DNA of 52,655 nt from the NCBI GenBank assembly GCA_038133505.1, contig JAYPTI010000003.1:1-52655 (forward strand), written 5' to 3'. The position numbers were made by a program, and so were the translations under genes. The notes below the pieces were generated by a model. It worked only from the letters and a program-made list of their open reading frames with translations, made no database searches and had not been told where the DNA came from. This DNA comes from Alphaproteobacteria bacterium (lineage in GTDB: Bacteria; Pseudomonadota; Alphaproteobacteria; MPNO01; UBA830). Below are positions 11,358 through 21,108 of the stretch, one piece after another (the first letter of the stretch is position 1; each line of letters opens with the position of its first letter).

Positions 11358-12742
11358 TGGCGCGCGGCGGGCCGCACCGGTTCGATGCGACGATCCTGCG
11401 CGAATACGACATCAGAGGAGTGGTCGGGAAAACGCTGACGGCCGACGACGCCTATGCGATCGGCCGCGCCTTCGTGACCCGCATCGGCGCCGGCGGAAAG
11501 ACGGTTTGCGTCGGCTACGACGGCAGGCTGAGCTCGCCCGAAATGGAAGAAGCGGTCGTCGCGGGCGTCAACGATGCGGGCGCGGACGCCGTCCGCGTCG
11601 GGCTCGGTCCCACGCCGATGCTGTATTTCTCGGTGAACGTGCTCGATGCGGCGGGCGGCATCATGGTTTCCGGCTCGCACAACCCGCCCGAATATAACGG
11701 CTTCAAGATGATGAACGGCTCCAAGCCGTTCTACGGCGACGACATCCAGGCGCTCGGCGAGATCGCCGCGGCGGCCGCATACGCAGTCGGCGAAGGATCC
11801 CATAAATCCGAGCCGATGCTGAAGCGGTACGTCGACCGTATCGCCCGGGACGCCGGGCCGGGACGCGAACTCAAGATCGCGTGGGATGCCGGCAACGGAT
11901 CCGCCGGCGAAGCGATGGCGGATCTCGCCTCGCGGTTGCCGGGCCAGCACATTCTCCTGAACGAAAAGATCGACGGGACCTTTCCGGTCCATCATCCCGA
12001 CCCGACCGTCGTCGAGAACCTCGAGCAGCTTCGCGACGTCGTGACCGGCGAGGGCTGCGACCTCGGCATCGCATTCGACGGCGACGGCGACCGGATCGGC
12101 GTCATCGACGGCGACGGCGAAATCCTGTGGGGCGACCAGCTGATGGTCATCTGGTCCGAAGACGTGCTCGCCGAGAACCCGGGCGCGACGATCATCGCCG
12201 ACGTGAAGGCGAGCCAGGTGCTGTTCGACCAGGTCGCCGAGATGGGCGGCAAGCCGCTGATGTGGCGGACCGGCCACTCGCTGATCAAGGCCAAGATGGC
12301 CGAGACCGGAGCCTTGCTGGCGGGCGAAATGAGCGGCCATATCTTTTTCGCCGACCGCTATTTCGGCTATGACGATGCGCTGTATGCCGCGGTCCGGCTG
12401 ATATCCGCCCTCGCCGCGCGCGAGGACAGCCTTGCCGACATCCGGCGCCGGCTGCCGGATCTGCTCAACACACCGGAACTGCGCTTTCCGTGTTCCGAAA
12501 CGCGGAAGTTCGAGGTGGTGGAGGAGGTGCGCGCGCGGCTTGCCGAGGCCGGTGCGAACGTCTCCGACATCGACGGCGTCCGGGTCCTGACCGACGACGG
12601 CTGGTGGCTGCTCCGGGCATCGAATACGCAAGACGTGCTGGTGGCGCGCTGCGAATCCGAAACGCAGGACGGGCTTCGGCGCCTGAAGGACGCGCTCGCG
12701 GAGCAGGTCCGGGCAAGCGGCATCGAGCCGCCTGAGTTCTGA
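11357..12742 (+). CDS. phosphomannomutase/phosphoglucomutase
   Basis: The ATG at 11357 overlaps the ugd TGA (TGATG). Active-site [11 protein letters not shown] and metal-binding FDGDGDR are present. The listed start at 11195 would overlap ugd by 160 nt. Confidence 0.93.
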   Translation: MARGGPHRFDATILREYDIRGVVGKTLTADDAYAIGRAFVTRIGAGGKTVCVGYDGRLSSPEMEEAVVAGVNDAGADAVRVGLGPTPMLYFSVNVLDAAGGIMVSGSHNPPEYNGFKMMNGSKPFYGDDIQALGEIAAAAAYAVGEGSHKSEPMLKRYVDRIARDAGPGRELKIAWDAGNGSAGEAMADLASRLPGQHILLNEKIDGTFPVHHPDPTVVENLEQLRDVVTGEGCDLGIAFDGDGDRIGVIDGDGEILWGDQLMVIWSEDVLAENPGATIIADVKASQVLFDQVAEMGGKPLMWRTGHSLIKAKMAETGALLAGEMSGHIFFADRYFGYDDALYAAVRLISALAAREDSLADIRRRLPDLLNTPELRFPCSETRKFEVVEEVRARLAEAGANVSDIDGVRVLTDDGWWLLRASNTQDVLVARCESETQDGLRRLKDALAEQVRASGIEPPEF

Positions 12743-12753
12743 TCCGCCCGGCC

Positions 12754-13164
12754 GTGCGGTTCTTCTTCTACGGCACCCTCATCGACGACGACGTGCGGGC
12801 TCTCGTGCTCGGCGCGCAGGCTGTCGGGCTGGAAGTCGCGCCGGCCGAGCTTGCCGGGTGGCGCTGCGTCTCCGTTCGCGGGAAGACCTATCCGGCCGTG
12901 GTCCGGTCCGCCGCCGCGACGACCCCAGGCGTTTTGACCCGCGAATTGCCCGACGGCGCCGTGGCGGCGCTCACGGCCTATGAAGGCCCGGAGTACGACC
13001 TGATCCGCGCCGACGTCAGCGCATCCGGCGAAGTCTCGGCGGCAGCAGTGTTCGTCGCGGGATCGTCCTGCCGGGTCTCGGCACGGCCGTGGGACTTCGA
13101 CGCCTGGCAACGCTTGCACAAGCGCACCTTCGTGGCGCGGCTCCTGCGCGGGCATCTCGTCTGA
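12754..13164 (+). CDS. gamma-glutamylcyclotransferase (AIG2/GGCT-like) family protein
   Basis: GTG start. N-terminal FFYGTLIDDDV motif typical of GGCT-like proteins. Confidence 0.7.
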   Translation: MRFFFYGTLIDDDVRALVLGAQAVGLEVAPAELAGWRCVSVRGKTYPAVVRSAAATTPGVLTRELPDGAVAALTAYEGPEYDLIRADVSASGEVSAAAVFVAGSSCRVSARPWDFDAWQRLHKRTFVARLLRGHLV

Positions 13165-13216
13165 CTGAGGGGTATTGCGGTCCCGGGAGCAGGACCGGGC
13201 GGGCCGGGGGGCGACG

Positions 13217-14488
13217 TCAGGAATTGGCGTCGGCAGGCCCCATCCAGATCACCATGCAGTCGATCTTGCGCCGCTTGAGCGCATCGCAGGACTGCCGCGC
13301 GCGCGATTCGGTCTGGACCAGAAGGCGCGCCTTGTAGATGTCCGGCCCGCGGCTGCGCGAGCTCTTCTGCTTCACTATCGCGAACTTGCTGCCCAGAAGG
13401 CTGGGGACGGCGCGGGCGGCGCGCGAGACCGCGAAGTGCGCCGGCGCGTAGCGGTTATAGGCGCCGACCTGTACCGCCCAACTGTTCAACTGCGCCGGCC
13501 GCCGAATCGTCTGGCCGCCCGCGGGGGCAAGCGAGGCGGTCTGCTTCGGCAAGGCGGCGACTTTGATCGGCTTGGTTTGCGCGGGCGCCGGAACGCTGCG
13601 CTTGTCCAGCGTTGCGGCAGCGGCCGGCGAGATCAGCCGGGCGGCCACGACCGCGTCTTCCTTGACCTCGTTCGAGGCGATCAGCGCGCCCGAAAGCGTC
13701 CTGAAACCCTCGTCCATGAGCTTGGCGACTTGGGCGTTCCGCTTTTTCGGGGTCTTGCCGCCGAACAGGACGGCGATCACCCGGCCGCCGTTCCGTTTGG
13801 CGGAGGCGACGAGGTTGAAGCCCGCGGCGCGGATATAGCCGGTCTTGATTCCGTCCGCGCCCTGATAGGTTTCGAGCAGCTTGTTATGGTTCTTGTGCGT
13901 CTTGCCGTCCCAGGTGAACGATTTCTGCGCGAAATAACGGTACTCGCGCGGGAAGTCCTGCAGCAGCGCTCGGGCGAGAATCGCCATGTCCAGGGCCGTG
14001 CTGAGCTGGCCGCGGTGCGGAAGGCCCGAGGCATTGCGGAAGGTCGTATCCTTCATTCCCAGCGCGTTTGCGCGCTCGGTCATGAGGCGGGCGAACTTGC
14101 GCTCGGTCTGGCCCATCGCTTCCGCGAGGACTGTCGCGACGTCGTTGGCCGACTTGGTCACGAGGGCGGAAATCGCGTCTTCGACGGAAATCTTGTCGCC
14201 GCGCTTGAGGTAAAGCTTCGACGGGGACCGGCCGGCCGCGACGCGCGAGACGGGCAGCATCTGGTCGAGCTTAAGCTTGCCGTCCCTGATCGCTTCGAAT
14301 GTCATGTAGAGCGTCATGATCTTGGTCAGCGACGCCGGATAGTTCTTTGTGGTCTCGTTCACCGAATGGAGGATTCGGCCGGTCTTCGCGTCGACCACGA
14401 TGGACGCGTACTTAGCCGTTGCCGGAGTCGCCATTCCCGCGACCAGTGCGAAAATCAGGAGAGTCGGTACAGTCAGCAGCCGAAACAA
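13217..14488 (-). CDS. D-alanyl-D-alanine carboxypeptidase (S11, PBP5/6-like) with C-terminal SPOR-like domain
   Basis: TTG start preceded by gagg. Signal peptide, SLTK (SxxK), SAN (SxN) and KTGY (KTG) motifs. The C-terminal ~80 aa resemble a SPOR domain (WAVQVGAY...). Confidence 0.9.
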   Translation of the reverse strand: MFRLLTVPTLLIFALVAGMATPATAKYASIVVDAKTGRILHSVNETTKNYPASLTKIMTLYMTFEAIRDGKLKLDQMLPVSRVAAGRSPSKLYLKRGDKISVEDAISALVTKSANDVATVLAEAMGQTERKFARLMTERANALGMKDTTFRNASGLPHRGQLSTALDMAILARALLQDFPREYRYFAQKSFTWDGKTHKNHNKLLETYQGADGIKTGYIRAAGFNLVASAKRNGGRVIAVLFGGKTPKKRNAQVAKLMDEGFRTLSGALIASNEVKEDAVVAARLISPAAAATLDKRSVPAPAQTKPIKVAALPKQTASLAPAGGQTIRRPAQLNSWAVQVGAYNRYAPAHFAVSRAARAVPSLLGSKFAIVKQKSSRSRGPDIYKARLLVQTESRARQSCDALKRRKIDCMVIWMGPADANS

Positions 14489-14787
14489 GACAAACCTCGT
14501 TTCCTCACATCCCTTATTGACGCCAGTTTGGCTGCCCCTTCCGGTTTGCGGTTGTTTTTCTCTTGCCGCATCCGAATGCCAAGTTGGCGGTGCTGTTTGA
14601 CCGCGGACACCGGTAATTGCATATAGATTTCAATAACAAGCTACTCAACATCAGGGACTTTGTCCATTTTAACACGATCACTTAAACGTTTTATTAACGC
14701 TGCGGGTTCAAGTGAAAGAAAAGGGCCGCGCGCTGCGCTATCGCCGATGGTGTGCGCGCCCGCCCGGGTGCCCCGGACGGAGGGCAG

Positions 14788-15480
14788 ATGATGCGACTTG
14801 CCGTTTTGGCGCTGACGATGCTGACATTGGGCGCGTGCGAATACGCCGGCGCTTTCGACGGAGGATTATCCCGGAACCTGAAATGGTTCAGCTACGTGGG
14901 GGCGAAGGATATCCGCGAGGCATGCGGTCCGGGCGCCGACGACAGGTTCCGGTTCGTCTACAACGGTATCTACACCAAGCACATCCGTACCTACGACATT
15001 CACATGCTGCCCGGCGGCAAGCGCGCCTCGATGACCGTCTACACCCGATCGGAGCCCAATCTGGCGCGCAGCCTGAACCTGTCGGAAATCAGGAAGGAGT
15101 GGGACGGCGAGAAGGCCCAGTCGACGCTTTCGATCCAGGGGATCAGCGAGCTTCGAACCGCGCTGGCGACGGACCGTTTCACGACCGACCGGCCGCGCCG
15201 GCTGCAGCTCCCGTCCAACGAGTTCTACTGGACAGGTGCGGCGTGCATCGAGGGCCGGTTTCATACCAACGCCTGGCTTTATCCGACCGAGCGCTACGAT
15301 GCGCTCAAGTTCCCGGCCGTGCTGATGCATTACGACAGGACCGAGGTGCCGCTCTATAAAGCGCGCCCGGTCGGCGAGCGGGACGACAATCCCGACCTCA
15401 ACGTCGGCAATCCGCTGTACGAAATATTCTACGTCCAGCTCGGGCCCGACGGCTTCGTCAGTACCGACGGTCTGTTTTAA
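14788..15480 (+). CDS. lipoprotein of unknown function
   Basis: The ATG at 14788 follows ggacggaggg. Lipobox LTLGAC. GC3-rich codon usage. No recognisable domain. Confidence 0.65.
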   Translation: MMRLAVLALTMLTLGACEYAGAFDGGLSRNLKWFSYVGAKDIREACGPGADDRFRFVYNGIYTKHIRTYDIHMLPGGKRASMTVYTRSEPNLARSLNLSEIRKEWDGEKAQSTLSIQGISELRTALATDRFTTDRPRRLQLPSNEFYWTGAACIEGRFHTNAWLYPTERYDALKFPAVLMHYDRTEVPLYKARPVGERDDNPDLNVGNPLYEIFYVQLGPDGFVSTDGLF

Positions 15481-15570
15481 CCATGATTCGCGGAAATCCG
15501 CTGGTTTGGTGCACTGCACACGAGAATGTGCTATTTTACCTTCCGCTTCATGATCCCATATTATGAGGTA

Positions 15571-16020
15571 ATGACAGGCAAGGTGAGACGCCGTTTGAAA
15601 TACGTCCTGGAAGGCGTTCCCGGGGACCTCCCCGGGGAAGCGTTCGGGTTACCCGCCGCCCAGCCGTGGATGGCCGGACCCGACGACGGGGACGGTAACG
15701 GCTCGGGAGACAACGACGGCGACGGCACCAACACGGGCGTCGTCGTCCGCACCAAGCCGAAAACCAAGAAACCTTCGATGTACAAGGTCATCATGCTCAA
15801 TGATGACTACACTCCGATGGAGTTCGTCGTCCTTGTGCTCGAACGTTTCTTCCAGAAGAACCACGAAGACGCGACCCGCATCATGCTGCACGTCCACCAG
15901 AAGGGCGTCGGCGTCTGCGGTGTCTATACCTACGAGGTTGCCGAGACCAAGGTTCAGCAGGTGATGGATCTCGCCCGGCAACATCAACACCCGCTTCAAT
16001 GCACCCTGGAAAAGGCCTGA
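15571..16020 (+). CDS. clpS: ATP-dependent Clp protease adaptor ClpS (with N-terminal extension)
   Basis: Core motif [18 protein letters not shown]. The ATG at 15571 follows tgaggta. The start is uncertain; an alternative in-frame ATG lies at 15670. Confidence 0.9.
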   Translation: MTGKVRRRLKYVLEGVPGDLPGEAFGLPAAQPWMAGPDDGDGNGSGDNDGDGTNTGVVVRTKPKTKKPSMYKVIMLNDDYTPMEFVVLVLERFFQKNHEDATRIMLHVHQKGVGVCGVYTYEVAETKVQQVMDLARQHQHPLQCTLEKA

Positions 16021-16024
16021 GTTC

Positions 16025-18379
16025 ATGCTGTCACGGAACCTCGAGAAAAGCCTCCACCGCGCCCTGGCGCAGGCGAGCGAACGCGATCACGAATATGCGA
16101 CGCTCGAACACCTGCTGATGGCGCTGACGGAGGATCAGGACGCGGTCGCTGTCCTGAAGGCCTGCGGCGTCGACATCGAGAAGCTGGGGTCCGACCTCAA
16201 GGGGTATCTCGACACCGAGCTGTCGAACCTCGTCGTCGAGGGGCACGAGGACCCCAAGCCGACGGCGAGCTTCCAGCGCGTCGTCCAGCGCGCAGCGATC
16301 CATGTGCAGTCGTCCGGCCGCCAGGAAGTGACCGGCGCGAACGTCCTCGTCGCCATGTTCTCGGAACGCGAGAGCCACGCCGTCTACTACCTGCAGGAGC
16401 AGGACATGTCGCGGTTCGACGCGGTCAACTACATCAGCCACGGCATCGCCAAGGTTCCGGGCCGGTCGGAGAACCGCTCCGTCCGCGGCGCCGACGAGGA
16501 GACCGCGGAGGAAGAGGAAAACAAGTCGGCGAGCGAGGCGCTCGATACCTACTGCGTCAACCTCAACAAGAAGGCGGCCGACGGCAAGATCGACCCGCTG
16601 ATCGGCCGTGAGGCCGAGATCGAGCGGACCATCCAGGTGCTGTGCCGCCGGACCAAGAACAACCCGCTCTATGTCGGCGATTCCGGCGTCGGCAAGACCG
16701 CCATCGCCGAAGGCCTCGCCCGGCGGATTTACGACGGCGAAGTGCCCGAAGTGCTGAAGGGCGCGACCATCTTCGCACTCGACATGGGCGCGCTGCTTGC
16801 CGGCACGCGCTATCGCGGCGACTTCGAGGAGCGCCTGAAGGCGGTCGTCAACGAGCTCGAGAACTACGAGGGCGCGGTGCTGTTCATCGACGAGATCCAC
16901 ACCGTGATCGGCGCCGGTGCGACCAGCGGCGGTTCGATGGATGCGTCGAACCTGCTCAAGCCCGCGCTCCAGTCGGGCGCGCTCAAGTGCATCGGGTCCA
17001 CGACCTACAAGGAATATCGCTCGTATTTCGAGAAGGACCGCGCGCTGGTCCGCCGCTTCCAGAAGATCGACGTCGCCGAGCCGACGATCGAGGACGCGGT
17101 CAAGATCCTGCGCGGCCTGAAGCCGTACTACGAGAAGCACCATCGCGTCCGTTACACCGCGGCGGCGCTGCGGACCGCCGTGGAACTCGCGGCCAAGTAC
17201 ATCAACGACCGCAAGCTGCCCGACAAGGCGATCGACGTGATCGACGAAGTAGGCGCGGCGCAGATGCTGGTGCCCGAGAACAAGCGCAAGAAGCTGATCA
17301 CGGTGAAGGACGTCGAGGCGGTCGTCGCCAAGATCGCCCGCATTCCCCCGAAGAGCGTGTCGCGTTCCGACAAGGAATCGCTCCAGACGCTCGAACGCGA
17401 CCTCAAAACCGTCGTGTTCGGCCAGGACAACGCCATCGAGGCGCTGGCGGCGTCGATCAAGCTCGCCCGTGCGGGCCTGCGCGAACCCGACAAGCCGATC
17501 GGCAACTATCTCTTCTCCGGCCCCACCGGCGTCGGCAAGACCGAGGTCGCGCGGCAGCTCGCGCTCACCCTCGGGATCGAGCTGATCCGTTTCGACATGT
17601 CGGAATACATGGAACGCCACTCGGTCTCGCGGCTGATCGGCGCGCCGCCCGGCTATGTCGGCTTCGACCAGGGCGGCCTGATGACCGATTCCATCGACCA
17701 GCACCCGCACGCGGTCCTGCTGCTCGACGAGATCGAGAAGGCGCATCCGGACGTGTTCAACATCCTGCTGCAGATCATGGATCGCGGCCGGCTGACCGAC
17801 CATAACGGCAAGAGCGTCGATTTCCGGAACGTCATCCTGATCATGACGACGAATGCCGGAGCGTCCGAGATGGCGAAGCCCGCCATCGGCTTCGAGCGCA
17901 CCATGCGGGTGGGCGAGGACGAGGACGCGATCAAGCGCACCTTCACGCCCGAGTTCCGCAACCGGCTGGATTCGATCATCCCGTTCGCGCCGCTCGGCCA
18001 GGAAGTCGTGCTCCGGGTCGTCGACAAGTTCATCATGCAGCTCGAGGTCCAGCTCGAGGACCGCAACGTCACGTTCGAGCTCACCGAGGACGCGCGGGAA
18101 TGGCTGGGGCGCAAGGGCTACGACGAGGCCTACGGCGCCCGACCGCTCGCCCGCGTCATCCAGGACAACATCAAGAAGCCGCTCGCGGACGAGATCCTGT
18201 TCGGCAAGCTCTCCAAGGGCGGCGTGGTCCAGGTCGACGTCAACAAGGCGGAAGACAAGCTCGCCTTCGTCACGCTCGCGGCGCCGCCCAAGGGCGGCAC
18301 CTCCGGGTCGAAGGATCTCGACACGGACGACGGCGACGACGATACCGGCGACGAGCGCGAAGAGGAATTCGTGGAGTAG
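16025..18379 (+). CDS. clpA: ATP-dependent Clp protease ATP-binding subunit ClpA
   Basis: 784 aa. Clp N-domain, two AAA+ modules (GDSGVGKT, GPTGVGKT) and an acidic C-terminal tail. Confidence 0.97.
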   Translation: MLSRNLEKSLHRALAQASERDHEYATLEHLLMALTEDQDAVAVLKACGVDIEKLGSDLKGYLDTELSNLVVEGHEDPKPTASFQRVVQRAAIHVQSSGRQEVTGANVLVAMFSERESHAVYYLQEQDMSRFDAVNYISHGIAKVPGRSENRSVRGADEETAEEEENKSASEALDTYCVNLNKKAADGKIDPLIGREAEIERTIQVLCRRTKNNPLYVGDSGVGKTAIAEGLARRIYDGEVPEVLKGATIFALDMGALLAGTRYRGDFEERLKAVVNELENYEGAVLFIDEIHTVIGAGATSGGSMDASNLLKPALQSGALKCIGSTTYKEYRSYFEKDRALVRRFQKIDVAEPTIEDAVKILRGLKPYYEKHHRVRYTAAALRTAVELAAKYINDRKLPDKAIDVIDEVGAAQMLVPENKRKKLITVKDVEAVVAKIARIPPKSVSRSDKESLQTLERDLKTVVFGQDNAIEALAASIKLARAGLREPDKPIGNYLFSGPTGVGKTEVARQLALTLGIELIRFDMSEYMERHSVSRLIGAPPGYVGFDQGGLMTDSIDQHPHAVLLLDEIEKAHPDVFNILLQIMDRGRLTDHNGKSVDFRNVILIMTTNAGASEMAKPAIGFERTMRVGEDEDAIKRTFTPEFRNRLDSIIPFAPLGQEVVLRVVDKFIMQLEVQLEDRNVTFELTEDAREWLGRKGYDEAYGARPLARVIQDNIKKPLADEILFGKLSKGGVVQVDVNKAEDKLAFVTLAAPPKGGTSGSKDLDTDDGDDDTGDEREEEFVE

Positions 18380-18405
18380 GGAAACCCTTCACGGCGAAAC
18401 GCAAG

Positions 18406-18435
18406 CGGGCGGCCCTTGGCCGCCCGTTTTGTTTT
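18406..18435 (+). terminator. intrinsic terminator after clpA
   Basis: Perfect 9-bp GC stem (cgggcggcc / ggccgcccg), 3-nt loop, followed by ttttgtttt. Confidence 0.8.
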
Positions 18436-18459
18436 GCAGGCTTCGTTGCCGGAGGCGCG

Positions 18460-19275
18460 TTAGCGTCCCAGCACGAACACCCGGATGTCCGCGATCGCCT
18501 TCTGCGACAATTCCGCATCCGGCTCGTTGGTCACGAACGTGTGCGGCATGCCCTCGTACTTGATGACCTCGGCGGCGCCGCCCTTCTCGCGGTAGAGCGC
18601 CGCGAACATGTCGGCGCGCTCGTGCGCGACGTTGGCATCGTTGGTGCCCTGGACGATGAGGACCGGCGGCAGGTGCGTGGCCTCGCCGCGTTCCAGCAGC
18701 ATGTATGGGTTTCCGTCCGCCATCGCCGCCTCGTCGGCGAAGTAGGCGTGATGGGCCCCCATGATGCGCTCGTTGCCGGCCTCCTGAACCATGCGATAGC
18801 GGGCGAGCGGGTCGAGGATCGGCCAGCCGGCGACGAGAAACTCGACGCTCGCATCCGCGTTGCCCAGCGCCGCGTCCTTCACGGCCCAGCGCGGGTCGTC
18901 GGGCCGAAGCGCGATCAGCCCCATCTGCTGGGCGCCGCTCGACGAGGCCAGCGCGCCGAGCGTCTTCACCGACAGGTCGAGCCGATCCGCGTTCGTCTTG
19001 AACCAGCGCACGCCGTAGGCGACGTCTTCGACCGGTGCCGGATACGGCGCGACGTCCGACAGGCGGAAATCGAGCGCGAAGGTGCCGACGCCGTTCGCCT
19101 GCAGGTCGAGATGGATGACCTCGTTGTTGAGCCGGTCGCCGGAGCCCCAGGCGCCGCCGTGAACGTCGATCAGCCAGGTGCCGGTGCCGCCCCCGTCGGG
19201 ACGGTACAGGCGGCCGGCAAGGTCGGCGCCGTCGACGGTGCGGTAGACGATGTCTTCGATGTTCGATGAGGTCAT
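18460..19275 (-). CDS. alpha/beta hydrolase (esterase/lipase-like)
   Basis: 271 aa. Oxyanion-type motif VHGGAWGSGD and nucleophile-elbow-like ASSSGA. Confidence 0.75.
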   Translation of the reverse strand: MTSSNIEDIVYRTVDGADLAGRLYRPDGGGTGTWLIDVHGGAWGSGDRLNNEVIHLDLQANGVGTFALDFRLSDVAPYPAPVEDVAYGVRWFKTNADRLDLSVKTLGALASSSGAQQMGLIALRPDDPRWAVKDAALGNADASVEFLVAGWPILDPLARYRMVQEAGNERIMGAHHAYFADEAAMADGNPYMLLERGEATHLPPVLIVQGTNDANVAHERADMFAALYREKGGAAEVIKYEGMPHTFVTNEPDAELSQKAIADIRVFVLGR

Positions 19276-19277
19276 GG

Positions 19278-20441
19278 TCAGGGCGACTCGTTCGATCGTT
19301 TGAAGGGCGACAGCTCGACCAGGGATTCCATCTCGTGTTCGATGCCGGCGCGTTCGCGGCGGACGAAGTCGGCGACCGCGTTGCGGAAGCCTTCGTCGCG
19401 GATCCAGTGCAGGCTGTAGGTGGGCGAGGGCAGGTAGCCGCGGCTGATCTTGTGCGGTCCCTGCGCGCCGGCCTCGACCTTGCCGAGTCCGTTCTCGATC
19501 GCGAACTCGATGCCGCGATAGAAGCAGGCCTCGAAATACAGCATCCTGAAGCGCTCGAGGCAGCCCCAGTTGCGCCCGTAAAGGACGTCGTCGCCGCGGA
19601 TATTCAGCGCGCCGGCCACGTAATCCCCGTCATGTGTCGCGATGACCAGCACGATCCTGTCGGCCATGCGTTCGCGCAGGAGCTGGAAGAACTCGTAGTT
19701 GAGGTAGGCATGCGCCCACTTGCGGTCCACCGTGTTCAGGTAGAAGTGATAGAACGCCTGCATGTGTTCGGCGCGGATGTCGTCGCCGGTCAGAACCTCG
19801 ATCTCGACGTCCGCGTTGGCGGCGGCGCGTTCCTTGCGGATCATCTTGCGCTTGCGAGAATTCAGCGAGTCGAGGAAATCGTCGAACGTCTCGAAGCCCC
19901 GGTTCTCCCAGTGGAACTGCTGACCCTGCCGCTTGATCAGGCCGAGCTCGCCGATCTCGTTCCATTCGTCCTCGGTCGTGAACGTCAGGTGCAGCGACGA
20001 GACATCGTGCTGTTTCGCGAGCTCGAGGAGGCCGGCCGTCAGGAGGCGGCGCGTGTGCGCAACGTCCTCGCCGTCGCGCACCAGCAGGCGCGGTCCCGTC
20101 ACCGGGGAGAACGGCACCGAAACCTGCAGCTTCGGATAATACTTGCCGCCGGCCCGTTCGTAGGCGTCCGCCCAGCCCCAGTCGAACACGTATTCGCCGT
20201 AGGAATGGCTCTTGAGATAGCAGGGAGCGGCGCCGACCAGGCCCTTTTCGTCCTCGATGACGATATGCTGCGGCAGCCAGCCGGACTCGCCGCACGCGGC
20301 TTCCGAGTCCTCCAGCGTCTTCAGGAACGTGTGGGAAACGAACGGATTGGCGGCGCTCGCGCAAGCGTCCCAGTCGGCGGCGGAAACCTCGCCGAGCGAG
20401 CCTATGACCTTGATGGTTACGCTATCGCCGCCGTCGGGCAT
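19278..20441 (-). CDS. FemAB-like/GNAT-fold protein (DUF482 family)
   Basis: The internal ATG at 20441 (MPDGGDSVTIKV...) sits 2 nt after the ridA stop. YLKSHSYGEYVFDWGWADAY and KLQVSVPFSPVTGPR are typical of DUF482. The listed start at 20699 would overlap ridA. Confidence 0.78.
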   Translation of the reverse strand: MPDGGDSVTIKVIGSLGEVSAADWDACASAANPFVSHTFLKTLEDSEAACGESGWLPQHIVIEDEKGLVGAAPCYLKSHSYGEYVFDWGWADAYERAGGKYYPKLQVSVPFSPVTGPRLLVRDGEDVAHTRRLLTAGLLELAKQHDVSSLHLTFTTEDEWNEIGELGLIKRQGQQFHWENRGFETFDDFLDSLNSRKRKMIRKERAAANADVEIEVLTGDDIRAEHMQAFYHFYLNTVDRKWAHAYLNYEFFQLLRERMADRIVLVIATHDGDYVAGALNIRGDDVLYGRNWGCLERFRMLYFEACFYRGIEFAIENGLGKVEAGAQGPHKISRGYLPSPTYSLHWIRDEGFRNAVADFVRRERAGIEHEMESLVELSPFKRSNESP

Positions 20442-20443
20442 CC

Positions 20444-20905
20444 TTACTCGATCTCGAAGATGGCATCGACCTCTACGGCGGCGCCCTGCGGCAGCGAGGC
20501 GACAGCGACGGCGAAGCGTGCATGCTTGCCGGCCTCTCCGAATACCTCGACCATCAGGTCGGATGCGCCGTTCATGACGGCAGGCGGGCCGGTGAAGTCG
20601 GGCGTCGCGTTGACGAAACCGCCGAGCTTGATCGCCCGGCACCGGTCCATGTCGTCGCCGACCGCGCCCTTGAGCTGCGTCAGGATACTGATCGCACACA
20701 GCCGCGCCGCCTTGTATCCGTCCTCCGGCGTCAGATCGTCGCCGATCTTGCCGGTGATGATTTCGTCGCCGGCGGCGGATACCTGGCCGGAAATGAAGAT
20801 CTGGTTGCCGCTGCGGCGCCAGGGAACGTAGTTGGCCGACGGCGCGCGCGCCTCCGGCAGGTCAATTCCGATTTCCTTCAGACGCTGTTCGATACGCCCG
20901 GCCAT
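20444..20905 (-). CDS. RidA/YjgF family protein
   Basis: 153 aa with a RidA-like C-terminus (VAVASLPQGAAVEVDAIFEI). Confidence 0.85.
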   Translation of the reverse strand: MAGRIEQRLKEIGIDLPEARAPSANYVPWRRSGNQIFISGQVSAAGDEIITGKIGDDLTPEDGYKAARLCAISILTQLKGAVGDDMDRCRAIKLGGFVNATPDFTGPPAVMNGASDLMVEVFGEAGKHARFAVAVASLPQGAAVEVDAIFEIE

Positions 20906-21108
20906 ATGCCGTCTCCCTTGTTCGGATCGAGCCTACCGCGCCGCACAATTCCGATCCAGTGTCGTTTTTTGGATTTGTTTATCAATAGTTTATAAAGTTA
21001 TGAAAGTTTTAACGGTGCGGCGTCGATTCTGCGACGCACTGGACGGAAAGCCGCGCGTTTGCGATATTCGCGCACCACTTCGAAACGGTTTTCGGCGGGA
21101 GCCACCGG

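Noticed and set aside
14668-14700. CtrA-like TTAA repeats in the AT-rich intergenic region (TTAA-N9-TTAA and TTAA-N8-TTAAC)
   Set aside because: The spacings are 9 and 8 nt, not the required 7, so they do not fit the CtrA consensus. They are kept only as part of the general AT-rich observation.
16031-17803. 590-aa minus-strand ORF and 387-aa plus-strand out-of-frame ORF inside clpA
   Set aside because: ClpA is unambiguous, with two Walker A motifs. The alternatives are low-complexity shadows.
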